Origin: Basidiobolus ranarum
Taxonomy: Eukaryota
Direction of reading: 5' to 3'
Length of the DNA stretch: 40,575 nucleotides
NCBI GenBank assembly: GCA_040143965.1
Contig: JASJQH010000037.1
Location: 1 to 40,575, forward strand
Both the position numbers and the translations under genes were made by a program. Below, in pieces: positions 1 through 12,465 of the stretch. The notes beneath the pieces were generated by a model. That model did not search any database. It saw nothing but the letters and a program-made list of their open reading frames with translations, and was not told the DNA's origin. Positions within the stretch are counted from its first letter, which is position 1, and every line of letters starts with the position of its first letter.

Positions 1-3000
1 CATCTTCTTCCACTACTTAACCTTCACCTTCATCGGCCAATGATTGATAAAACTCGGCTACCTATCAAATTTAAAAATCATCCGCCTCTTTATCGTCTAT
101 CTCCTCATCGATATCACTACCCGAAGAAGTATCCGACAATTCACTCTCATCACCATTATCGTCTTGAGATTTCTCAGCCCCAGCGTCCTGAAGAACTTTA
201 GCATTGACGAGTAACATTTCATCTACAGCTAATGCAGCTTCTTCGTAAGAGTCGAAAAGTTTCATATTAGGGCGTAAAGCTTCAAAGGTATCATTGACCA
301 TAAATTCAACATCCATGGGCATAGGTATCTTCGACCAAATGTACATTTGAAAGAAAATCAGGAATGAATCCAATCTTGATTTAGATCTTCCCCTATCGAA
401 ACACATTCCACAGGTGTCCAATAGAGTACAACAAAGTCTTACACGGAAGAAATCATCAGGTGCGTCTATAGGAGTAAAGCGACTAGGAGATGGACGACCA
501 TTTTCGTGGCCCAGGGTTAAAATGGAGTACAAAGTATCGAAAACAACTGGAGAATCGATCAAACGATAGTTGTACAGCTCGGCCAAATATTTGACCGTAG
601 TAATTCGACGCTGGTTGTGTTTGAATATATTTTGCTCTAAGCCTATACGGATATCCTCAAGGATTTGGTCAACCAAAAATACACCGAAATCTGAATGATA
701 ACGATGAAGACCACTCGCTAGCATTGCAAGAAGGTGAACATTACCGAATTTGACTTTCCACACTTTGTGGAAGATCTTTTTTACAATACGATAAACCTCC
801 GGATCACTCCAATGAAGTTTTCGAAGCAATCGAAGTACCTTGTCTACAGTTTTCTTACTAAGATCTGAGTAGATTAGCTTTCGAACATACAACTCCATGG
901 GTGTGTGAACTTTACGAATAGTAGCATCTCTATCAGGGGGGTTACATTGGTAGTAGGCATTTTCAATCATAAGCACTTGTCGGTTATCCAAATGAAGAGC
1001 GTTTTTCTTTCGCATCATGATTTCGAGCATGTTGCTAGTGCGTATAGCTGTCTCTGGGCTCTTGAAGAGGAATCTACCACAGGTCTCGAGAAGATTGCAT
1101 GCAACCTCAATGTGACTAAGGGCGAAATCATCGAGAAGTACCTTGAGACAATGGAACGTAAGGTACAAAGGAGTAATTTTGAATTTAGTCAGCTCTCCAA
1201 TGAATCGGATGTTTTTAATTCTAGTCTCCAACAGGTCTTGGCCCTTCCTGAATTTCAAGGTCTTGAATTCATGCTCAAGAGCGGTAACCACTCCCTGACC
1301 AATATCGGGAAAATAAGGATTGAGGGTGGCAATGAGGCGAGAATAATAGGGCAATAGATCTAGACGAGCCCGAGCCACACCAACAAGAGCCTGTATAAGT
1401 CTTTTCCGGGCTGCCTTGGAGTTGAGATAACAAAAGTCAACAGCAGCTTGGTCAATCAAATCACGATTAATCATGTTAGGAAGACGAGTTAAGAGTGTCT
1501 CGATTTGAGCAGATGTAGTAGATTTGAGCTCGGACTTATCTTCGCTATGAGATTATTAGAATCATGTCATACAATCGAAGGTGTAACTAATAGCTCAAAC
1601 CTTAAGGAGTTTTCAGTTGCATTTTCTTCGGCCCCGCGTTCCAAAGCCATGCCATCGTCCTCTACAACGTCAGAGGATATCTCTGCTTTGGACTCATCTA
1701 CGCTCATGGGAGCATCGGAGCCCGCTTCCCCTTCAATAAGATCTGTATGCTCCTCCACAGTGGGTTTTTCACTTTTTTCGTCTTCCTTTTTCTTCTTGAC
1801 ATCCAATAAGATACCAGGGACCACTAGTTTTAGATCTATTAAAGATTCATAGAAAAGACGAGCATCTTCATCAGACCAAATGCCATTGCCGGTATTCTCC
1901 TACAGTTCATAGTCTTATTAATTGCTGTCTGAGTGAACCTACTGAAATATGCTTACCTTATCATCTGAGTTCGCAGATACGCCTTCTTTAATCATGGATT
2001 CCGTGATTTTAGTTGTACCTTCATCCTCTGGTAAATCGGGGAGATCGCAATCGAGTCCATCAGCAAGACTATGGTTGAAAGGGTTAGGGGTTAGGGCACT
2101 ACCAAACCAAACATATACAAAAAAACTCTACCAACCTTTGGGTATTAAATAAAATCCTTTCATAGACTTTAGAAGCTTTTTCATAATTTTGCTTACTTTC
2201 GTCTGATAGTTCACCCCTAGCAATATGCGATTCATGGTTTGACTTTTCCATTTTTTTGATATACTAGAACAATACTACGTAAGCTACAAGTGGAAACAAA
2301 CTAGTGAAAAGTAGATCACGGACCTTGTGTGCTTTGATTAATTGCTTTTCCACTGACCGATAATAGTCAATGAAAAGGTTTTTGAATAATTCTTGTTGCT
2401 CAGATGATACATCCACTCCAACTAACGTTTCTTCAAATGGGACGGTGTTAGCTGCATCTCTAGGTACTTCAGTCCCTTCACTATCGTCACCGTGAGACTG
2501 TTGCTCTTTCTTTGGTACTATACCAAGAAGGTCACGACCAAAATACTTCACAAAAGCAACAGCCAAGGGAAGATTCATATGATTATCCTTATCCACAGAG
2601 AACTAATGAAACACCAAAAGTAGAATTGAATCAATTATATAGAACTTTGAAAACCTTGACTAAACCCCACTTACCAAATCTTTGAGAATTGAATGAAGAA
2701 CATTGCCAGTATGCTTCATTTCTTTTCCAATTAAAATGGTTTCCTGGTTTGCAGTCATTAAACCGGCGATACTTTCTTTGACTTGTTTTCCAGAGGCAAG
2801 TCCTTCGTCTATACCCCAGAAAAATCCTACCAACCAAAGTTCTCCAGTGATACGAATAAAAATGCGTTGTTTGGTGATTCGCGCATTTTCTTCTTTCTCA
2901 CGTTGCTCCGAGCTTAATGCAGCCAAATGTTGCTTATTAGCTGGGGATAAAGCTCTCATTAGTAGATCCGTAAACTGAGGGGTGAAAGATTCAGGGAAAC

Positions 3001-3451
3001 GTTGATGAAGATTTGAAATAACCTGTAAAAAATAAGGAGAATAATAAGGGAGTCAACAACTAAACTGAAGAGTTATATTTTGTAACTATAAATTTCTGAC
3101 CTCCACGGCAGCATAAATATCTGAACTTCCTTTGCACTTTATCAAACCTTCCATCAAAGCAGTAACCACCTCACTAATATATTTCTCTAGTTTTAACGAG
3201 CGGATGTCTTTGAGAAGTTGTGCAGAAGAGTCTGCAGTTAACATGGTTTTACATTTCTTTATGAAAGCAGTATTCTTTTTTATATTAGAATCAAGATTCT
3301 TATACAGAGTTAAATCTAAGAAAGGTCAGTGGAAATTCTGGTAGGTTTATTAAATATTCCATAAATTTTCCCTACCAGGTTTATTATTCCAAGCATTTAT
3401 GTTGCGTGTTCTCAATTCCTTTTTTCTGTTTAAACGTGTTTGAGCATCCAT
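1..3451 (-). CDS. UPF2: Nonsense-mediated mRNA decay factor UPF2 (three MIF4G domains), multi-exon; 3' end lies beyond or at the window edge
   Basis: ATG at 3451 gives MDAQTRLNRKKELRTRNINAW. Spliced exons give LDSNIKKNTAFIKK, QRIFIRITGELWLVG, GIWSDEDARLFYESLIDL, LLPYYSRLIATL, IKNIRFIGELTKF, ENAYYQCNPP and DDFFRVRLCCTLLDTCG, all typical of UPF2/Nmd2. GT-AG introns join ORF fragments 2660-2959, 2264-2596, 1567-1824 and 71-1474. Confidence 0.95.
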
Positions 3452-3858
3452 CGTGTGTTTGTCCGAGAGAGGGAAAACCCACTGGAAAAATAATGGATGA
3501 ATATAAAATTAGTCCAGGAACCGATTAAAAATCATTTATGGATGATTTTATCTTGTTTGAAGTATTAGATCAACTTCTAGGTGGAATTATTACATAACGT
3601 TTCAATCTTGCTTGGATTAGTTTATTATGTGATGAGTACGATATATATCGAGCCAGTATGCCGTAGATTCCGTGTATGCTATATATGCGTCATACAGGTT
3701 TCTTATTCTAAGATCGGAGGGTTGTGGGAATATATCGACATAGCTGGTGCCTCAAGTTATGCGATTTAGAGTAAGTAGTCAAGAATATTGAGGGTTTGTT
3801 TCGTTTAGTGTTCTACTTCTCTCTCCACTATCCTTTTGATTTTCCATCAACCAAAAAT

Positions 3859-4204
3859 ATGAAAGCTGGTGTCAGAGAATTGTATAAACAGGTAACAGTT
3901 ACATAAACCCAAACAACAGACTCATCAATACTAAAATTCAATATAGCTTCTCTTCCTCGGACGTGATTATCCTGCGGGTTCTGACTATTTCAGAGGGCGG
4001 CTTAAGAAAGCTTTCCAAAAGAATTCGGAACTTATCGAACCGAAAGCCATCGAAGAAGCTGTGAAAAGAGGACAATTTGTGATTAAAGAGCTGGAAGCCA
4101 TGTACAAACTGAACAAATACCGAGCACTAAAGAAAAGATACTATGATGAACCAGAGCGAGAATTGTTAGAGTTTGAGAAAAAACTTCACGAGTCCAAATG
4201 TTGA
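3859..4204 (+). CDS. LYRM5: LYR-motif protein, LYRM5/ETFRF1-like (mitochondrial ETF regulatory factor); 2 exons, 96 aa
   Basis: Exon 3859-3891, intron 3892-3946 (gtaaca...atatag), exon 3947-4204. Translation is [37 protein letters not shown]...[27 protein letters not shown], which has the LYK motif and the LYRM5-type C-terminus. It is absent from the ORF track because it is spliced. Confidence 0.9.
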
Positions 4205-4210
4205 CCAATT

Positions 4211-4252
4211 CCTTCACCTTCACCTTCACCTCCACCTCACACACATACACAC
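4211..4252 (+). repeat. Short (CACCTT)n/(CA)n microsatellite in the LYRM5 3' region
   Basis: ccttcaccttcaccttcacctccacctcacacacatacacac is read directly from the sequence. Confidence 0.6.
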
Positions 4253-4754
4253 TTTAAGTATTCTTACATATTTTCAAGCGAACTCGAGATGTTTCCCCCT
4301 GAGCATAACGACTATGTTAATAACAACCCAGATATGAAGTGAAATTTATGTATTTCAAAGTAACCAGTATAATATTGAAGGTGATTCAATCCCGATACGA
4401 TTATATTATATGATAGCTGTAGAGCAGATTAATATCCAGCTCAACAAGCAAAAATACATCAAGTCACATCCTGGGAGATAAATCAGATGGGTATTAGTTG
4501 GTTACTATTCGTTTAGATCTATGCAAAAAGGAGACGTTAAATAACAGCTTTCATGACGTATGTTACAAAATTAGTACAAGTAGTCTGAAAACAAAAGGAG
4601 TTTGCATGATTCTTTTGAAGTCTACCTGAATGATAAAGTAAAATGAAAATGATGCTAGAAAGGAATTGAGTGAGTGAAAACATTTATGAACCATTAGTAG
4701 TCCCAAAAAACGTCATGCTTTTCAAATGGACAATCTTGAGATAACTAGAAATGA

Positions 4755-5531
4755 TTATTTCAGAGTAGCTAACTGACTACGGAAATCTGCTCGATATTGG
4801 GAACGACGACAAGTCCCAGCGCCTACAATTCCAGCACCAATGAAAAAAACCAACCCATAAATGTAAAGTCCTACTGGTGTAGCCTGAAAAGTGGTTCCAT
4901 CACCAAAGTCATTTATATCCTGGGTACTTGGATCAGCATTAAACTGAGGTGGTGAGACACGGATATATGGACCAAAAGGAGTGGCGGGAATATTCAAGTC
5001 TAGAGGGGTGTTGGTATAATCACTTAAGAGAACTTCTTGCTCTGGCCCTCCATCAGGTTTTAATATTAGCGTATATGAGGTTGGCATAATAAGACCAGCA
5101 ATGGATGCAGTATCTAGTTTACCGTTAATAGAAAACTGTGCATTGAAACAGTACGACTCTACTAAAGAATCACTCCCTTTCACTGGAAGTATCACGTAAG
5201 ATCCACTTTTATATTTCTCCAGTGACCATTCTCCCCAATACTCATCGATTTTTGTATGTTGGTCAGCAAATACGAATTTCATATTCCAATATGGCCCAAG
5301 AGGTGTAGTGGCTGGTAACGACAATGTCAAATTTCCGCCAAATTGACCGGTCGTTGTATCAATCCACGCTACTCGGTAATTAGCCTTCAATCCTAGTGGG
5401 TTATTATCTGGATCTCTTCGCTCCAGCTTGCCTCTGTATTTAGCTTCCACTAATACCCAAAATACCCAAAATACAAGCAATCCATAGTAAAACCGAGAAA
5501 AGAGAAACTTCATCTGAAATAGTTTACCCAT
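4755..5531 (-). CDS. Hypothetical type-I membrane protein: N-terminal signal/anchor, beta-rich CBM2-like ectodomain, C-terminal transmembrane helix
   Basis: Intronless ORF with first ATG at 5531 (MGKLFQMKF). It has a hydrophobic N-terminus (YGLLVFWVFWVLVEA), an aromatic-rich beta domain, a TM segment (VGLYIYGLVFFIGAGIVGAG) and a basic cytoplasmic tail (CRRSQYR). Confidence 0.75.
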   Translation of the reverse strand: MGKLFQMKFLFSRFYYGLLVFWVFWVLVEAKYRGKLERRDPDNNPLGLKANYRVAWIDTTTGQFGGNLTLSLPATTPLGPYWNMKFVFADQHTKIDEYWGEWSLEKYKSGSYVILPVKGSDSLVESYCFNAQFSINGKLDTASIAGLIMPTSYTLILKPDGGPEQEVLLSDYTNTPLDLNIPATPFGPYIRVSPPQFNADPSTQDINDFGDGTTFQATPVGLYIYGLVFFIGAGIVGAGTCRRSQYRADFRSQLATLK

Positions 5532-6247
5532 TGTCGTGTACAATAAGTATTTTCTAAAGCTTTATCAACAAAGCAGATCAAGAATGCTCTTATTTTTAGC
5601 TTTTGTTAGTAAATGTAATTTAGTAGAAAGCTAGGGTTAGAACCGTTTGGTAGAGAAACGTGGTGATAAAAACAGCAATTGTTGAAGAATAACTAGAGAG
5701 AAATCCAAGTGGTGAAGAAGTAAAGGAGCGATAAGGGGGAAATGACTGCAGATGACCAGACAGCAATCTACACAGCTCAAGGGAACTAAATTCTACTGTA
5801 TGAAATAGGGAGGTCGAATTCAAGACTTTGGTTGGGATTTTTCAAGAAACCTTGTGCAGTTCACTGCTTAGATGGACTATTTTTGCGAATTTATGCATCT
5901 CATTTATATCTAGATACAGTCTAAAAATTGTTTGGAGAAGTGATGATCACGATGCAACTACCTTACGAAATACTACATACAATATCATCCTTCGCCGTTT
6001 CTCAGTCAATTTATAATAATAAGCCACGTTTAATTTACCCCTTAAAAGGACTGCTTTACGATTGTCTTTACCGAAAACTGCATTTTGAAGCATTCGATCT
6101 TCAGGGTTAGATCTGCCGACTTGCCTTCAAAATGACGAACAGCTCTATATATAGATTTGAATGATTAGGGCGACGCAAAAGAAGCCAGTGCTTGGGTCTA
6201 TCATATTACTGTCTTTGGATCATCAAATGGGTTTTTGGGGAATTCTC

Positions 6248-6313
6248 ACTGTGATATATTTTTAATTATTACTAAGCACCTTACTGTGATATATTCCTAG
6301 TTATTACTAAGCA
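6248..6313. repeat. Two-copy tandem repeat, 31-bp unit, 35-bp period
   Basis: actgtgatatatt-tttaa-ttattactaagca (6248-6278) versus actgtgatatatt-cctag-ttattactaagca (6283-6313). Confidence 0.85.
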
Positions 6314-6433
6314 ATTCCATAGAAATGCTTGCCATCTAAAAACCCAATTGAACCCTCAGAAGTATAGTAATCTTGAAATATATTGATGGAGAACTCTTGT
6401 ATTAAAAGCGTCTGTCTACATGACTCTAGATTT

Positions 6434-8996
6434 TCAAGTTACAAGTTCATTTAAAACGGTCATCACTAGCTTGGCACGGTGTGGAGCGCGTGTCATTATC
6501 AGTATTAAGTCCTCTTCATGCGCCAATAGGGTGTTTCGAGCACTTTGGGCATGCGATATATTACGAAGTAAAAGACTTGTGATTAAAGGGATGCTACTTG
6601 ACTCAGCCGTGTTGGAGGGGATAGATCTAGTTTGGGTAGAGATATTTGTGATAGACTGAGAGGGAATCTTAGCTCTTGGTGATCCAAGATGTGTCTTGAC
6701 GTGAGCAAGAACCGCCTTACGTGTTGGCGCAGGCTGGTCTTTAAATCGAGTACAGGTCATCCAATGGCACGATAGTTGTGAATCATCAATCAAGTGTGTT
6801 TGTTCAATGTGATTAAGAAGATTGCTTTCTGAATTGGCAAGTTGGCTGCATCCAGTCCAGCGACAAGAGACCTGAACATAACCAGGGCCTCCGACTTGAG
6901 TGCTGCTGGATGTAGCTCTATGTTGTATACCCTTGATAACTATAGTCTGAATTCCATCTTGAGTTGCAACGTTGGCAACAGTATTCGGAAATACTGATGC
7001 CAGTGCTTGCATGAACTCCATTACCTGAAGCAGTCCCGGCGTATGTTGTCCGAAAGACGTAATGTAGGAAGTATACATTTGAACCTGAGGAACAGCAGAA
7101 TCAGGACAGGATATGAAGAAATTCTTCAACCTTTGGAAATTGTCAAAACTTAAGTTCAATATCGCAACAAAAGAATACATTCTAAACAATTACCATTCTA
7201 TTGTACGTTTAGGTTCCACTAATTTAGAAAGATCGGAAATAGAAACAGCTGCAGTGGTTGATTCAAAAGGCTGTCCATTCAAGGATTCCGGCTTCTGGCT
7301 TTGAGCGTTATGATTTGTGATGGGGCCAGCAGATGGTGGATTTGGTAATTGAGATGAGCGATTTCGAAGAGTGGTTGGTGCCTGAGTTAAGGTATCTGAA
7401 TGTTTGGGTGAAACTTCATGGATCATGTTCCAAGTCAGGCACTTAATCAAGACGTTTATAGAGTTTTTGGGCATATGCCGCACCAATTCAAGCGAGGTTT
7501 TGCTGCTAAGGTTTGAGTAACAATACAGATACTCTATGACTGTTTCTACTAACTCTTCATCTTTAACTAGTAAAAGCTCAAACATGCGTTGTATCAATTT
7601 ATCATCGACAACCGATAAAATGTCTTCATTAGCCTTGTTGAGAGCAAAACGTGTTAGAGAACGAATGCTGCCAAGAACCAATGCTCTGTCACTAGTATAG
7701 AGTAGATGCTTCAAAGGCTTGATAAACCGGGCACTACGGTTCTTCAGTGCGATATATGGAGATACATTCTCGAAAGCATCTAAGCAAAGCTGTCGAAGCT
7801 CTATATTTTGGCTATGGGAGGGTAACTCGATGCCCTTTGTCAACACTTCTAATAAAGCATCATGAGAGGCTAAGGTTTGCGCGTTATGACCTAGAAACGA
7901 AAGGTTGCGAGTTATATGAGCAATTTGTAATGCTCTTTCCATCCAGACTGTATTTGTGTCAGTAACAAAGAAATCGGCAAAATTGACGCCCACATTTTGG
8001 AGATCAAAGTAATGAAGCATTGCATCTAGTAAACCAGGAATGCTATCAATACGAAATGTGTCATCGCACCTATATGAAAGAATAATCAGGTTGTTGAAAG
8101 CCCAATCAATCTCATTAGGTAATGATGATTTCAAAGCCAAAAGAATTCGATTTTGTGGGCCTGGTTCAGTATGTATCTCTAAATATCTATTAGCCACCAT
8201 GAATCGAATGATTTTTTCTTACAAATTAAGTTACCATCATTTGCATATCTTGCAAGAGGATAGGCTGCTGCTTGTGTTGCGCCATGTGAGAATTGCGACG
8301 ATTCCAACGGATTTATTGAGGAGGGGTGAGGACTCAGTTCGTATCTCTGCCGTTTTTGCTCCGGCATAAATTGGGAAGCTTGAATAAGAGTAAGTATACC
8401 ACACGGGTCGCGATTGTACTACATTCTATTGCTTACCAGGATGGTGAATAGTTTTCGATGGGGCAGGACTTGAGGGAGTTCGCTCACGCGGCGTATGAGC
8501 TCTTGAAGACGTCTGGAGGGCAGGAACGGGTTGGCCCCAGTAGATCTCTCTCTCATACGCCTCTAAATATTTTGTATAAACTGATTTCATCATGTATGCG
8601 CTATTAGTACAAGTAGACGGGAGATTCAAGGGAATTGTTAAATGTCTCCATCCTTTCTCAGCAGTAACCTATGAACAGGGCTGTTGTAAGTAATTTTCAT
8701 CAAAATAATTGCATGTAACTAGCACGAACAGAATAGGAAGCTTAGTCTGATACCTTATCATAGCCCCCGCGCGAGAGTACTGATTTATATATCTCTAGTA
8801 AATCTAATTTTCGTGAACCAAGTACAGGTTCTCTCTGTAGTAGAGTTCTAAAATATCGTGTCAAAAGATGCGTTTATAACGTAAAGCCTATTAAAATCAG
8901 TATATACCCTCTTTGTTTGTGGAACCTTTCAAGTTTAGCAATAAAATCTTCATATTCGGGAGTTCTGTTGATGGTGTCAATCAAATTTACTCTCAT
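6434..8996 (-). CDS. RSC9: RSC/PBAF chromatin-remodelling subunit Rsc9/ARID2-like (ARID, ARM-like region, RFX-type winged helix, C2H2 zinc fingers)
   Basis: ATG at 8996 gives MRVNLIDTINRTPEYEDFIAKLERFHKQRG. The spliced ARID reads REPVLGSRKLDLLEIYKSVLSRGGYDK...YTKYLEAYE. The Rsc9 motif GPQNRILLALKSSLPNEIDWAFNNL is present, as are C-terminal CRWTGC...HIEQTH and CHWMTC...HVKTH zinc fingers. Confidence 0.9.
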
Positions 8997-9749
8997 GGTT
9001 TTAGAGAGCTTCAAATGAGCGCGAAAACTTGTCTATTTCTCTAAAATAGATTATTGAGAAACGATGAGTAAACAAACTAAATTCAAGAAAGGCTAACCAT
9101 ATTTAATCTAGACGCTAGAAATAAAAATTCAAGAATATATTAAAAGGAGCACTAAATAAACAAGTAGTTAAGCATGTATTGCAATCTTGTGTTACTCGCT
9201 CAACTGTTGGCTAGTTTTATGACATCGAGTTTGATGATAATGACCTACCTCCGTTTGCTGTTTGATTTACTTGGTGAAGCCGGATCCCGATATGAACCGG
9301 TTATTGTATACTCTTGAGTGTTTTGCATTCTATATTAGTACCATAACCCATGAGCTGTCTATATTACGTTACATTAAGCCTATCACGGCAACAGTCCGAC
9401 CCTTCGATAGTTTTCATAAAATATTAAAGAGTCAGTATTTTCATACCCTTCATTTTATTATCCACCCCAATATCCAAGAATAATCGATTACATATTCAAA
9501 AGAAAAACCTAAGACTACTGTTGTTTATTGAAGGAACTTCAGCACACTCTTTCAATCGCCAATATCATTACGATTTTCCAATTCATATCTCTTCGCCCAA
9601 TATACTGTTAAAAACCCTTGGACATATAGTCACCTTTACTATAGAATACCACTATCGGGCGACATTTACAGAATTTCTTTTTTGAATTTTGAATCATATA
9701 CTTTCTAAGCTATTGCTTATTCGAAGTACTACGAGAACAATTTATCTCA

Positions 9750-11798
9750 ATGCTTGACCGTCTTACTGATCTGGATGACCATGAGTTGGATGAGCAAGCA
9801 GCCATTTTCTTGCATGCCAAGAAAAACAAAAAGTCTGATTTTCTTTAATAGTCCACCATTCTCCTTCCATTTTATATTAAACTGAACCAATTCTTTCTAC
9901 AAAGCAGAGATCCACAATCACGTCTTGTAGCAAAAACTCATCGAAAAAACAATTGCAGTGATGCAGAAAGTCTTGTTACTTCTTATGAGGACAGGTCAGC
10001 TTTTAAATTTCGCCCTTTGGTTGAACCTTTTATACAAACTGGAGACAAGCGAAAGACTCTCAAGGGAAAAGCGTCTTTAAATACTTTCCAACCCCGTGAA
10101 TTAAGTGTTGAAACTTCTGATGGTGCTTTGAATTCTCTTAGAACTCGAAGGAGCAATGAGGTATTATATGTCCCAAATGCGGATTCTATCCTTGTTAACA
10201 AGACTAATTGTGATTCTCATATTTGATTTTAGTCTGATGCACCTACCTCTAATACTGCTCGTATCTCTAAAAAGCCTTCGAAATCATCTACTAATTTTAG
10301 TGAAACTAAGAAAGGGAATAGACTGTTTTCGTATACTAGCGATGGTGGCGGTAAGATCGATACTTTGGTCGCAAGAACAAAGCCCGAGTGCTAATTCTTT
10401 TGTATGATTATTTCAGATTCTGAGGAAGAAGAATATTTTGTTTATCCCAAACACCGTACTTGTGGACGTAATTCACCAAAACGCAACAGTAGCAGCATCT
10501 CATTGAATGAAGCTGTGGATAAGCACCCCAGATCACATTCTGGTACCAGTGGAGTTTCCAAGTACCCCGATTCACGTAAAAATGATCTTAGCAGGATGTC
10601 ATCCCCTAGAATATCGCGAACAGAGCATTACCAACCGGTAGGTAGTACTGACCAGGAGCGTCGGCCCGATCGACATTATCAGCATCATCCCAGTTATCTT
10701 TCGGATTCTGAGGACGATGGTGAATATATTACGCAGTGGAGGCATGACAAACGAATGGGAAGATCTTTAGCTGTACCTAAGAAAGGGGCCAAACAGCGTG
10801 AAGAGTCACTTGGGCCAAGATCCTTTAGGCGTTCAAGACAGCAGGAGTCTACATGCCACGGGGATTCTGAAGAGGAAGAAGAAACTCTACCGTTATTCTG
10901 GAAAATGAATCCTGAAGCGAAAAGACGCAAAAGGTAAACAATACATCGATTCCACCCTTAGTCCCTTGGCTCCCACTTATATCTTTGATTTCAGAAAACC
11001 CAAAAAAGTTAATCCCCTATTCGGGACACTCTCAGTGTTTATTATCATATTTGCACTATGTACGATGTATTCGTATACAACAATTCCTTTGGATGATGTA
11101 AGTCCAATCAGCTTTACCAACATATTGGCAGCTGAAAAGGAACTGGTATTTGACTTGCATTTGCGCGGACACAACTGGAACATATGGCCAGTGGAGGTAA
11201 CAACCATCGACATAGGAGTGTTCGCCACCGCAAAGAAAAAAAATGAAACGTCGACTCCCTTAAACTTCGACCGTTTAGCAACTACAGGTAAATTCTCTTG
11301 AAATGGTTTGGTGGTTATTCGGTACACTTACATTAGTCTCAACTTGGTAGGAACCACCCCAGCTGAGTTTTTAGGAAATGTGGACCATTTAGACGAGCCC
11401 ATTGTGTTTGCTTCTGGATGGGGTGTTCGTGAAGTAGTATCTACTGTAATTGCTCAATTCCGTCTCAGAAACCCGGGTAGCCCTAACGAAGACGGTGAAA
11501 ACAAATGGTAAATTCAATGTTAGGTTCCGTATAGTCGCTCTATAGTTAACATCTATATTCCAGGTATTCCATCCTTCGTAATCCTTACGATCTGACTGTG
11601 CGAGGAGTTCTTAAATACAAACTCTTATTCCGTACTCATGCAGTTCGAATTTGTGCAATCCAAGGTTTGGATCCAACTGGCGATGAGTTGAGATACGACT
11701 CTCTGGTGTTGTGCGATCGAGAGAATTGGGACCCACAGCAAGATGGCTATGTTAGACGAACCATCTCCCCCAACGAAACGTATATTACCAGCTCGTAA
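9750..11798 (+). CDS. VAC7: Vacuolar segregation protein Vac7-like (Fab1/PI(3,5)P2 regulator), multi-exon, single TM with luminal C-terminal domain
   Basis: Long S/R-rich disordered N-terminus, then a TM (LSVFIIIFALCTMYSY), then PLDDV...NILAAEKELVFDLHLRGHNWN...IDIGVFA...FLGNVDHLDEPIVF...FRLRNPG...KW...NPYDLTVRGVLKYKL, which matches the Vac7 luminal domain pattern. The start at ATG 9750 is inferred. Confidence 0.75.
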
Positions 11799-12465
11799 AT
11801 CAAACGCTTTACCTTCCAAAGCTTCCCGTATTAGTTTATCTTTATAGCATTAATCTTTTTCAAGCCAATTTTGTTCACCTTACCTAAACTCAGTCTCCTG
11901 TTTTAAGCCTTGTTGAGGCCTAAAAGGTTGTCAATACTCTTACAATGTATTATAATTTATGAGACAAGCTTTTTACCCATTTATCACGTTAAGTCCACTG
12001 TCGAATTCGGCAAGCTAACCACTATTAAACTCTAATCCACTTTTCCCGCCTGTAGTTAAGAGACCATTCCTTGTCATTAGTATCCAGAAGAATTTTTAAA
12101 AACCCTTTTGATCCAGATTTTTATTGTTGTCTTACCACAAATACGGAACAAACAGTGCATATGGGTAGTGTTTGTGCATTTTATATTCCTTGCGAGATTC
12201 TTGTTAAGTGACCAGCGAAATGAATGATTTCAATGATAATCGAAGTCACACTTCATTACATCGAGGGGGAGACGAACATTCTGTTACTCTCTTTATGTAA
12301 TGAAATTAATTTGTCAAATAATAGTTGAGACTTATCTATGAATTGTTAGGATTTTAGAATACATAACGAAATATTGAAATCCTATTAGTACATTGCATGT
12401 TTCGCTTGCTTTACACACTAATAAAAATATATTAATTGAAATACATATATGACACCATTTAATGA

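Noticed and set aside
1-73. Stop-codon reassignment or selenocysteine readthrough in UPF2
   Set aside because: TAA, TAG and TGA all occur together here, stop codons terminate the other genes in the window normally, and no other gene model needs readthrough.
2079-2096. GGGTTAGGGGTTAGGG telomere-like repeat
   Set aside because: It is only two units inside a UPF2 intron. On the sense strand it reads ccctaacccctaac just before the acceptor, so it is a duplicated CTAAC branch point.
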